Positions 50,028-58,027 of a DNA stretch of 64,000 bases are shown here, piece after piece; position 1 is the first letter of the stretch, and every line of letters starts with the position of its first letter. The position numbers and the translations under genes are program-made. The DNA comes from Gemmatimonadota bacterium (lineage in GTDB: Bacteria; Gemmatimonadota; Gemmatimonadetes; Gemmatimonadales; GWC2-71-9), in NCBI GenBank assembly GCA_036679605.1, contig JAZDCZ010000011.1:73971-137970 (forward strand). The letters are read 5' to 3'. The notes beneath the pieces were generated by a model. The model ran no database searches, was not told the DNA's origin, and was given only the letters and a program-made list of their open reading frames with translations.

Positions 50028-50569
50028 GGTGGTCCTCCGAGTAGCTTTCGAAGCTTTTTTCTCGCGCGAAACAGCCGCACTTCAGACGTGTTCTTCGAGA
50101 TGCCGAGAAGCTTGCCGATTTCCGCATGGGAGTAGCCTTCAATCTCTCTTAGGACGAAGACTATCCGGAGCCGGTTCGGTATTCGCGCGAGCGCTTGCTC
50201 GATCTCCACTCGCTCGATTACCACGTCGAGGCGCTGCGGGTCTGCGACCGACTCCATACTCGCTCTCAACGGACGCCAGAACCGAGCCCGCCGCACCCGC
50301 ATGAGTGCCACACGAGTCGTGACCCGACTAAGCCACCCTTCAAAGGAGCCGCGTTCCTCGAAGGATTGGAGCGCCTCAGGCAACCCAACAAACACATCCT
50401 GCATGACATCTTCCGCATCCGAGGGGGAGCCCCCGATACGTAGAGCGATGCCGAACACCATCGTTCGATACGTGCGGAACAAGCTGGCCAAGGCATCGGG
50501 CGCACCGGTACTTGCCTGGGCGAGCAGCGTCCCGAGATCCTCTTGATCGTTCAGGCTGCTGATCCTCAC
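50024..50569 (-). CDS. ECF RNA polymerase sigma factor
   Basis: DAEDVMQDVF, FEGWL, EGYSHAEIGKLLGIS, RLFRARKKL. Confidence 0.93.
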   Translation of the reverse strand: MRISSLNDQEDLGTLLAQASTGAPDALASLFRTYRTMVFGIALRIGGSPSDAEDVMQDVFVGLPEALQSFEERGSFEGWLSRVTTRVALMRVRRARFWRPLRASMESVADPQRLDVVIERVEIEQALARIPNRLRIVFVLREIEGYSHAEIGKLLGISKNTSEVRLFRARKKLRKLLGGPP

Positions 50570-50743
50570 GGAACCGCTGATTTGCTGTGCATGTCTATAA
50601 GATGCCTGACGGCCTCCAAAGCTTACATTTCGGTATGATGCCGTAAGGTTGGTTTAGGAGTCGAGCGCGATCGACGTTCGGCGAGAACGAGTCGAGCGGC
50701 CAGAGGGTGACCTGGGGAGGGCTCCTAGAACGGTTTGGCTTCC

Positions 50744-53506
50744 TTACTCCGAGCGCAACGCCTCGACCGGGTCTATTCGCGCTGCTCGCCGCGCCGGGAC
50801 ATAGCTGGCTAGCAGGTTCACGCACAGCAGCAGGGCCGGCACGACGACGAAAGTCACTGGATCGACGGGAAGGACGCCGAACAGTAGGGTCCGCATGAAA
50901 CGTGTCAACACGAACGCTCCAATGAGGCCGGCGCCGATGCCTACCAGTGCCACAGTGCTAGCGTGCTTAAGCACCATGGAACTCACCTGCCTGGCCTGTG
51001 CACCCAGGGCCACCCTCACTCCGATCTCTTGAGTTCGTTGGCTCACCACATAGGATACCACCCCGTAGATCCCCACCGCTCCCAGCAGCAACGCCACAGC
51101 CGCGGCTAGTGCCAACAAGACCATCGTGAACGCCATCTGAATCCCGGCATCGGAGACCAGCTGTTCCATACTCTGCACGCGAGCGATGGGCAGGTTGGGA
51201 TTCATAGCCCAGACTTCTCTGCGTACGGTACGTGCCAACTCCAGCGGCGGTGTCGATGTACGCACGACGTAAGTCAGGACCTGAGGTGAGACGCCTCGGG
51301 TGCTGTCACTGTGTAGCAGCGGCAGGTAGATCGTTGGGCTGGGGTCATCGGTGAGATTCCGTATGGGCGAGTTTTCCACTACTCCCACGACCGTGTACCA
51401 ATTGTTCTCGGAAGGTTCGCCACCATGATAAACCATCTTGCCGATTGGATTCTGTCCCGGCCAGAAGCGTTGCACCAGGGCCGCATTTACCACAGCGGCA
51501 CCGTTTCGCTGCTGTTGATCCTGCAGTTCGATGGTTCGACCCGACAGAAGGGAAACCTTCAATGTCTCGAAGTAGCCAGCACTCACTCGGCGGTGTGCTA
51601 CCACAGGAGGTATGACGCCGGGCTCCGGTGATGAGTTTTTCACATAGAGCGGGCTCCCGGCCCAAGCTCCGCATAGCGGAAGGCAGGTCACCGCTCCTGC
51701 GAGTTCCACACTGGGCAGTCCATTCAACCGGTCCATCAACTCTTGATGGAACGCGACCGCACTTTCGCGACTCGGGTGATCGCTCGTAGAGAGACCTACC
51801 TGAAACGTCAGCACGCTTTTGGACTCGAACCCGGGATCGATATTGATCAGATGCCAAAAACTGCGAGTCATCAAGCCCGCAGCCACAAGGAGGATCAGTG
51901 CCAGCGCCACTTGGCTTGCTACGAGCACGTTGCGAGCCCGGAGTCTGGTATGCCCAGCCGTTGCTCCTCTGCCGCCTTCTCTCAGCGAAGCAACGAGATG
52001 CGGCATCGCTCGGGTGCTGGGGATCATTCCGAATAGGATGCCGGTTGCGAACGAAATACCCCCGGTGAAGGCGATGACGGTTCCGTTGACCGCTACCTCA
52101 TGAAGCCGTGGGATGCTTGCCGGTCCGAAATTCACGAGCACGTGCACACCCAGGAGGGCGAGCCCAACTCCTATCACGCCACCGGCAACGGCGAGCATGG
52201 TGCTCTCAGTGAGAAAGTGCAGCACCATTTGGCCGCGGTCGGCGCCAAGCGCCTTGCGCACCGCTATCTCGCGCTGGCGGCTCTCTGCCCGGACCAGGAA
52301 GAGATTTGCGACGTTAGCACAAGCGATTAAGAGGATGATGCCCACCGTTCCGACCAGGATCCAGAGAGTTCGCTCGATGTCGCCCACCTCCTGCTCTTTG
52401 AGCGGTATCACAATCGAACTGAGGCGAGCGTCGTTGACCACACTTTGGCTGGCGGAGCCGGGAAAAGCTTCCGTCAAGCGCGGGATCAGGCTCTCGATAT
52501 CAACCTGTGCATCGGCCGGCTCGAAACCGGGTTTGAGTCGTGCAATTCCATGGCGGTTAAAGCCCCCGAATCTCGCGGTGGCAGGATCGACGACCAATGG
52601 TATCCAGAGCTGCGTGTCACGGGACGGAAATCCGAAGTCCGGCGGCATTACGCCGACTACTTCGACGGGAGTGCCATCCAGTTGTATTGTCCGACCGACA
52701 ATCGATTGGTCGGAACCGTAGCGGGTCGACCATAGCTGGTGGCTGAGCACGGCAGCGCCTGTCCCGCCGGAGTAGTCGTCGGCATCGGTAAGCCATCTTC
52801 CGATGAGTGGTGGTACTCGAAGCACATCAAACAGAGTGTGTGTTGCCAAGGATGCATTGACTCGTTCAGGCTCGCCGTCGCCCGTGAGACTCAAGTCAGC
52901 GTCGAAGTAAATGGCTACCTCCTCCAACGTCTTGTTGAGCGCACGGTAGTGGACATACAGGCCCGAAGTCATATCTAATCCCCGAGGCGTACCGATTCCC
53001 GGAGCGCCGTGATCGAGCCAAACCAATCGGTCGGAATCGGGGTACGGTAGCGGGTTCAGAACGACGCTGTTTACCACACTGAAAATGGCGGCATTCGCAC
53101 CGATGCCGACGGCGAGAGTCACGACGGTTGCTGCGGTGAACCCCGGACTCTTAATCAGTCGGCGGGCCGCATGGCGGATTTCCTGAGCGAGAGCTGACAT
53201 GAAGTGCCTCTCCGTTCTAGCGGCGTGCGGAACTCGTCTCCTGTAGGCGGGATTGAAGTCTCGAACGCGTTGTTTGAGTGCCACCACGATCAGGCCAACC
53301 AGCTCCCGAACCACGAAGGCGAGACTTCCGACCGACCCCGAGGTGGTGCGTACCTCGCGAAGTCTCAGATCAAACATCGCCACCATGCCATCGCGGTAAA
53401 GATCGCGGAACGGTTGCGGGCATAGACGCAGCGCAAATCGGTAGAGCGTCTGCTCCAAATGCAACAGGTACTTCCGACGGCCTTGTTCGGGTTGCTGATC
53501 CAACAT
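50744..53506 (-). CDS. ADOP-type duplicated ABC permease, module 11 (class B head)
   Basis: Head [36 protein letters not shown]. Confidence 0.93.
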   Translation of the reverse strand: MLDQQPEQGRRKYLLHLEQTLYRFALRLCPQPFRDLYRDGMVAMFDLRLREVRTTSGSVGSLAFVVRELVGLIVVALKQRVRDFNPAYRRRVPHAARTERHFMSALAQEIRHAARRLIKSPGFTAATVVTLAVGIGANAAIFSVVNSVVLNPLPYPDSDRLVWLDHGAPGIGTPRGLDMTSGLYVHYRALNKTLEEVAIYFDADLSLTGDGEPERVNASLATHTLFDVLRVPPLIGRWLTDADDYSGGTGAAVLSHQLWSTRYGSDQSIVGRTIQLDGTPVEVVGVMPPDFGFPSRDTQLWIPLVVDPATARFGGFNRHGIARLKPGFEPADAQVDIESLIPRLTEAFPGSASQSVVNDARLSSIVIPLKEQEVGDIERTLWILVGTVGIILLIACANVANLFLVRAESRQREIAVRKALGADRGQMVLHFLTESTMLAVAGGVIGVGLALLGVHVLVNFGPASIPRLHEVAVNGTVIAFTGGISFATGILFGMIPSTRAMPHLVASLREGGRGATAGHTRLRARNVLVASQVALALILLVAAGLMTRSFWHLINIDPGFESKSVLTFQVGLSTSDHPSRESAVAFHQELMDRLNGLPSVELAGAVTCLPLCGAWAGSPLYVKNSSPEPGVIPPVVAHRRVSAGYFETLKVSLLSGRTIELQDQQQRNGAAVVNAALVQRFWPGQNPIGKMVYHGGEPSENNWYTVVGVVENSPIRNLTDDPSPTIYLPLLHSDSTRGVSPQVLTYVVRTSTPPLELARTVRREVWAMNPNLPIARVQSMEQLVSDAGIQMAFTMVLLALAAAVALLLGAVGIYGVVSYVVSQRTQEIGVRVALGAQARQVSSMVLKHASTVALVGIGAGLIGAFVLTRFMRTLLFGVLPVDPVTFVVVPALLLCVNLLASYVPARRAARIDPVEALRSE

Positions 53507-53511
53507 GTTCG

Positions 53512-53871
53512 TCAGGCTGATTGCGTGAAGAGACGCTTCCGCCGAGTGGCAGAAACCAACTGGTTCATGCGTTGCGCCTCCAGCGCGACAACACTTCGTC
53601 CTAACTTCGTGAGTTGGAAATATTGTCTCCGGGAGTCCGACGATTTCGACGTTGCCCCTGTGGCAGGTCTTAGCATGCCGTCATCTGTGAGACGTTTGAG
53701 AGCCTGATAGAGCCCGCCGGTGGTTGGATTCAGCTTGCCCTCGGAACTTTCCTGAATCTCCTTGCCGATGGCGTATCCATGGGCCGGTCCGTCTCCCAAC
53801 GCGAGCAGGATATGAAACGACATGTTGCTAAGGGGTAAGAACTCGTTCGATTGCGATTTTCCGCTCGTCAT
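53512..53871 (-). CDS. PadR-family regulator, class B
   Basis: FLPLSNMSFHILLAL, HGYAI, GGLYQALKRL, RRQYFQLT. Confidence 0.93.
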   Translation of the reverse strand: MTSGKSQSNEFLPLSNMSFHILLALGDGPAHGYAIGKEIQESSEGKLNPTTGGLYQALKRLTDDGMLRPATGATSKSSDSRRQYFQLTKLGRSVVALEAQRMNQLVSATRRKRLFTQSA

Positions 53872-53919
53872 CGTGGTGGTTCCCCGGTTGTGCTGTCACG
53901 CCGGCGGTTTGACCGACTG

Positions 53920-53946
53920 ATACTATAGGAGTAACTACTATAGTAT
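53920..53946. promoter_or_regulatory. inverted repeat, putative operator
   Basis: ATACTATAG-N9-CTATAGTAT. TTGACA on the minus strand just upstream. Confidence 0.6.
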
Positions 53947-54094
53947 TGGGGGCAGGGCGAGTTAATGTCAAGCCGTCATCGCTCATGTCGGGATGAGAAG
54001 GCCACACTGACTATCCCACTCGGCATCGGCTCCATGACGAGATTCGACGTGCCCGAATTGGATTGGGGAACAATGAGAGACCGGCGGGTAGCTT

Positions 54095-54147
54095 CCCCTT
54101 GACATTCTAGGGGGCGATGGCTAGAGTTTCCATAGACACTCTATGGG
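54095..54147 (+). promoter_or_regulatory. promoter with two class A operators
   Basis: TTGACA-17-TAGAGT, with CCCCTTGACATTCTAGGGG and TCCATAGACACTCTATGGG. Confidence 0.78.
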
Positions 54148-54487
54148 AGAGTTCGTGAGCAAACCGCGGATCGATCTGCTTCAAGGAACGCTGGCCTTGC
54201 TGATCCTCAAGTCACTGGTGCAGGGACCACAGCACGGCTACGGCATTGCGCGGACTATCGAACAAGCGACGGATGACGTCCTGCGGGTGGAGGAGGGTTC
54301 TCTGTATCCGGCGCTCCACCGAATGCGGAAGCGCCGCTGGATAACTTCCTCGTGGGGACTCTCAGAAAACAACCGCAAGGCAAAATATTACCGGCTATCA
54401 CAGTTGGGTAGAGCTCAACTCGCCAAGGAGACCACTGAGTGGAAGCAATACTCCCGAGCTGTCGCCAAAATGATCCGATCGAGTTGA
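54143..54487 (+). CDS. PadR-family regulator, class A
   Basis: LLQGTLALLILKSL, GSLYPALHRM, WGLSENNRKAKYY. GTG 54155 is an alternative start. Confidence 0.95.
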   Translation: MGEFVSKPRIDLLQGTLALLILKSLVQGPQHGYGIARTIEQATDDVLRVEEGSLYPALHRMRKRRWITSSWGLSENNRKAKYYRLSQLGRAQLAKETTEWKQYSRAVAKMIRSS

Positions 54488-54496
54488 GTACGTAAC

Positions 54497-57130
54497 GTGG
54501 CGGTGTGGGAGTGGCTGCGCGCTCGTTTGTTCTCTGCGCAGGTAATGCGAGAGATCGACGACGAGCTGCAGCTTCATCTCGATATGCAGATCGCTGATTA
54601 TGAGCGATCCGGTCTGCCACGGCAGGAAGCTCGACGGCTCGCGTTGCGACGGTTTGGGGACATGAAAACGGTAATGGGCAATTGCTGCGCCGTCTACCAA
54701 CTTGCCAACCCGTTGGAAAGAAGGAATAGCATCATGGAAAGTGTGCTGCAAGATCTACGATACGCTGTTCGCAGTCTTGCCCGCCAACCCTCTTTTTCTG
54801 TCCTTGCAATCGCAACGTTGGCCGTCGGCATCGCTGCCAACACTATCATCTTCAGTGCCGTGAGCAGCACGCTCTTGCACCCCGTGCCGTTCGCGGGAGG
54901 CGACCGGTTCATTTCCATCGCGAACGCTAGTCCGGCCGGCGTTATGACGATGGCTCCAATTCCGCGCGCGGTGCACGCATGGCGAGAGTATGCACGGTCA
55001 CTGGATGGCATTGCTACATATGGAACGAAGCGGTTCCTAGTCCACATAAATGGGGAGCCGCAGCGTCTCGTAGCCGGTGCTGCGTCTGTCGAATTGCTTC
55101 CATTCCTAGGGATACAGCCGATTCTAGGTCGACGGTTCTTTGCTGCCGACACGATTCCCGGCCAAGATCGCGTAGTACTCCTCACCGAACGACTTTGGAA
55201 ACAGCGCTTCGGTGCTGCTAAAGACGTCCTCGGCACGACGATCAGTCTCGACGGCGAGTCTCATACGGTGATCGGTGTTCTGCCTGGGCAGGCCGATGCC
55301 TTTTTTGAACCAAGCAGCGGCAACAGCGGAGCGCAGGGTTCGGAATACGCCCTCTGGGTTCCAGGCGCGAACATGCGGGCAACGGTTGCTCGACTGAGAC
55401 CGGGTGTCTCGATTGCCGATGCGGTGCGAGATCTCGAGCGCGTTCATGCACGGTTGGGTTTCGATCCAGATCGACCGGAGGGTTGGCCGCTGAGAATCAG
55501 ACGCCCGATCGACGAAGTGGCGAGGGATCTCCGTATTGGCTTGTGGGTTCTCATGGGTGCGGTCGGGTTCGTTTTGCTCGTCGCCTGCGTCAACGTGGCC
55601 AACATGGTTTTGGCCCGTGGATTAGCCCGCGGGCACGAATTGGCCATGCGTACCGCATTGGGTGCCGCCCGAGGGCGCGTGATTCGGCAACTCCTCGTGG
55701 AGAGCGTACTCTTGACGGGAATAGCGACTGCCATCGCACTGGGAGTTGCGGCGGCTACGCTGGGCGTCGTGCGATCGCGCCTACCAGTAGGGTTCACGGA
55801 ACTTCACGCGGTGCGTATTGATACGACAGTTCTGATCGTCACGGCCGGTATCGCTCTTGTGACAGGAGTAGTGTTTGGACTCGTTCCCACCGGACAACTC
55901 CGCATGCTTGATTTGGCGCGGCTATTGACCCATGGTCACCGTTCAGGCTTCGCAGCACCATCGAAGGCGCTGTTTCGCGGTGCTCTAGTTGCCGTCGAGG
56001 TTGCGCTGGCTACCGTGCTCTTTGCCGGTGCTGCTCTCATGGTCAATAGCCTGTTGCGACTGCAGCGAAACGATCCAGGCTTCGATCCTACGAACGTAGT
56101 ATCGTTTGCTGTGAGTCTACCATCGAGCCGCTATCCCAATACTGCCGGACAAAGAGCCTTCTTTGAAATGTTGCTTGAGCGGTTACGACAAGCGCCACAG
56201 TTGCGGCGGGCGGCTCTTGGCTCCATTGGCGGCCGCGGCTTCATGGAAGGCGCTGTTACGGTAGAGGGAGCCACCGATTCGTTTCCCAACCGCGGTTTCA
56301 TCATCAACTTTATTTCGGACGATTATTTTTCGACATTGGGCATAGCAATCCCGGCTGGAAGGGAGTTTGTAGCCTCTGAGATTACGGTGGATGAAACTGC
56401 CGTAATGGTAAACGAGAACTTTGCCCGGACGTACTGGCCCGGTGAGCAGGCGGTCGGGAAGCGGTTTCGGTTTGGCAGTGCCGGGAGCTGGCATCATGTT
56501 TTGGGGGTGGTGGGGACCGTGGAACTGTCGGGTCTAAGGAGCGGCCGGAACTCGCTACATATTTACCAACCCTACCCAACCCTGACGCTCGGAAGACAAG
56601 TCGTCGTTGTCCAGGCGAGAGGGGATCCGCGTGACGTTATTCCGTTAGTCAAGGATGCTGTGTGGACTCTCGATGCCGATCTTCCCATTCGCGACATCAC
56701 TGTCGCAAGCAAGATGCTCGATGACGCCATTGCCCGGCCGCGATTCAACGCATTTCTTCTCATAGGATTTGCCATCACAGCGTTGGCTCTGGCCGCGGTA
56801 GGGGTGTATGGTGTCGTGTCACTCACGCTGCAACATAGGGTCCACGAATTGGGCGTCCGCGTGGCTCTTGGTGCTCAGAGTCGCGATCTCTTTGAATTGA
56901 TGTTGTCCTACGGTATGAGACCCGCTGGTGTTGGAGTGGTGCTGGGTCTGCTCGGTGCCATCGGCCTAACGAGATTTCTCCGGACACTGTTGTTCGAAGT
57001 GGAGCCGACTGATCCGGTTACCTACGTCGTCGTTGTCGTTGTCCTCGCTACGACTGCCTTTGTGGCGTGTTATGCCCCAGCACGTCGTGCGAGTAAACTC
57101 GACCCGGTGGAAGTGTTGCGGTATCAGTAG
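54497..57130 (+). CDS. ADOP-type duplicated ABC permease, module 12 (class A head)
   Basis: Head EIDDELQLHLDMQIADYERSGLPRQEARRLALRRFG. QDLRYAVRSL. Confidence 0.93.
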   Translation: MAVWEWLRARLFSAQVMREIDDELQLHLDMQIADYERSGLPRQEARRLALRRFGDMKTVMGNCCAVYQLANPLERRNSIMESVLQDLRYAVRSLARQPSFSVLAIATLAVGIAANTIIFSAVSSTLLHPVPFAGGDRFISIANASPAGVMTMAPIPRAVHAWREYARSLDGIATYGTKRFLVHINGEPQRLVAGAASVELLPFLGIQPILGRRFFAADTIPGQDRVVLLTERLWKQRFGAAKDVLGTTISLDGESHTVIGVLPGQADAFFEPSSGNSGAQGSEYALWVPGANMRATVARLRPGVSIADAVRDLERVHARLGFDPDRPEGWPLRIRRPIDEVARDLRIGLWVLMGAVGFVLLVACVNVANMVLARGLARGHELAMRTALGAARGRVIRQLLVESVLLTGIATAIALGVAAATLGVVRSRLPVGFTELHAVRIDTTVLIVTAGIALVTGVVFGLVPTGQLRMLDLARLLTHGHRSGFAAPSKALFRGALVAVEVALATVLFAGAALMVNSLLRLQRNDPGFDPTNVVSFAVSLPSSRYPNTAGQRAFFEMLLERLRQAPQLRRAALGSIGGRGFMEGAVTVEGATDSFPNRGFIINFISDDYFSTLGIAIPAGREFVASEITVDETAVMVNENFARTYWPGEQAVGKRFRFGSAGSWHHVLGVVGTVELSGLRSGRNSLHIYQPYPTLTLGRQVVVVQARGDPRDVIPLVKDAVWTLDADLPIRDITVASKMLDDAIARPRFNAFLLIGFAITALALAAVGVYGVVSLTLQHRVHELGVRVALGAQSRDLFELMLSYGMRPAGVGVVLGLLGAIGLTRFLRTLLFEVEPTDPVTYVVVVVVLATTAFVACYAPARRASKLDPVEVLRYQ

Positions 57131-57182
57131 ATCGGATGGAGTCCGCCGATTTGAGAGCTGCCGCGAGAAAGAGGAGATTGAG

Positions 57183-57566
57183 ATGCGTTGGCTAATCTGG
57201 GTTGTGCTGGTATTGGCGTTCATTGAAGGTTCCTGGCTGGCCTTCGACGGTGGTCGTGCGCTAGTTGTGGGTGATTACGTCACTCCAAAGTCGGGCAAGT
57301 ACGCCGGTCAGCTTGGGCCATGGGCCCGCGTCGTGTCGGCTGTCGGAATCGAGCCACGATCGACCTTGATGAAATCGATTCACCTGGCCCTGGGGTCTGC
57401 GTGGCTGATAGTCATGGTCTGCTTTGCCTTGCGGTTGCCGTGGGCCTGGTGGGGGATGCTAGTTTGCGCGGTGCTTGGTCTGTGGTATCTGCCATTCGGT
57501 ACGATCCTGAGCGTGTTGCAGATAGCGCTACTGCTCCTCCCCGCTGTTCGCAGTCCGGGAAGTTGA
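57183..57566 (+). CDS. small integral membrane hypothetical protein
   Basis: ATG 57183 follows GAGGAG. Three to four hydrophobic helices. Confidence 0.75.
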   Translation: MRWLIWVVLVLAFIEGSWLAFDGGRALVVGDYVTPKSGKYAGQLGPWARVVSAVGIEPRSTLMKSIHLALGSAWLIVMVCFALRLPWAWWGMLVCAVLGLWYLPFGTILSVLQIALLLLPAVRSPGS

Positions 57567-57785
57567 CAGGTGGAGGCGAGAGGGTGAAGCATCGCACCCA
57601 GCGGCGCAACAGGCTTGCAGCGGACCGCACTATGCGCCGGTGGTAATACCGAAGGCGTTATCACGCGCAAGGATTCGGAGTAGAGCTTCCGTCGTGGATC
57701 CGAACTTCCGAGACCACTGCCTGATGGTCTCGTAGGTGACGATGATTCCCCGCTTCGCCGGAAGTTCCTCTATGTCTCGGACGTC

Positions 57786-58027
57786 TAAGCAGAATCGGTG
57801 GTACAGCTAGACGCCGCGACCTAATGATGTCAGGAGGAAAAACCGGTAGCCGTAATAGCACTTCGCACTCGTTTTCATGAACGGAGTCTGAGGCGGCCGA
57901 ATTCAAGTTGACAATATCACTCACGATTCCCAGATGGCAGAGCAGGAGGGTTGACGTATCCCTACGTAGATGTTAATTTTTTCGCATCTAGATGCGAAAA
58001 ACCTCTCATATAGGAGCATCGATGAAC
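57786..58027 (+). repeat. ~240-bp direct repeat, copy 1 (promoter, operator and RBS)
   Basis: Nearly identical to 59874-60115. Contains TTGACG-17-TAATTT and the perfect palindrome TTTTTCGCATCTAGATGCGAAAAA. Confidence 0.93.

Noticed and set aside
1..57130. PadR-permease modules as integron cassettes
   Set aside because: Orientations are mixed, modules carry their own promoters, there is no recurring attC between modules and no intI.
10612..57130. Naming the permeases macB (macrolide efflux)
   Set aside because: No fused ATPase and no macA/tolC partner. The doubled architecture fits ADOP, and the substrate is unknown.
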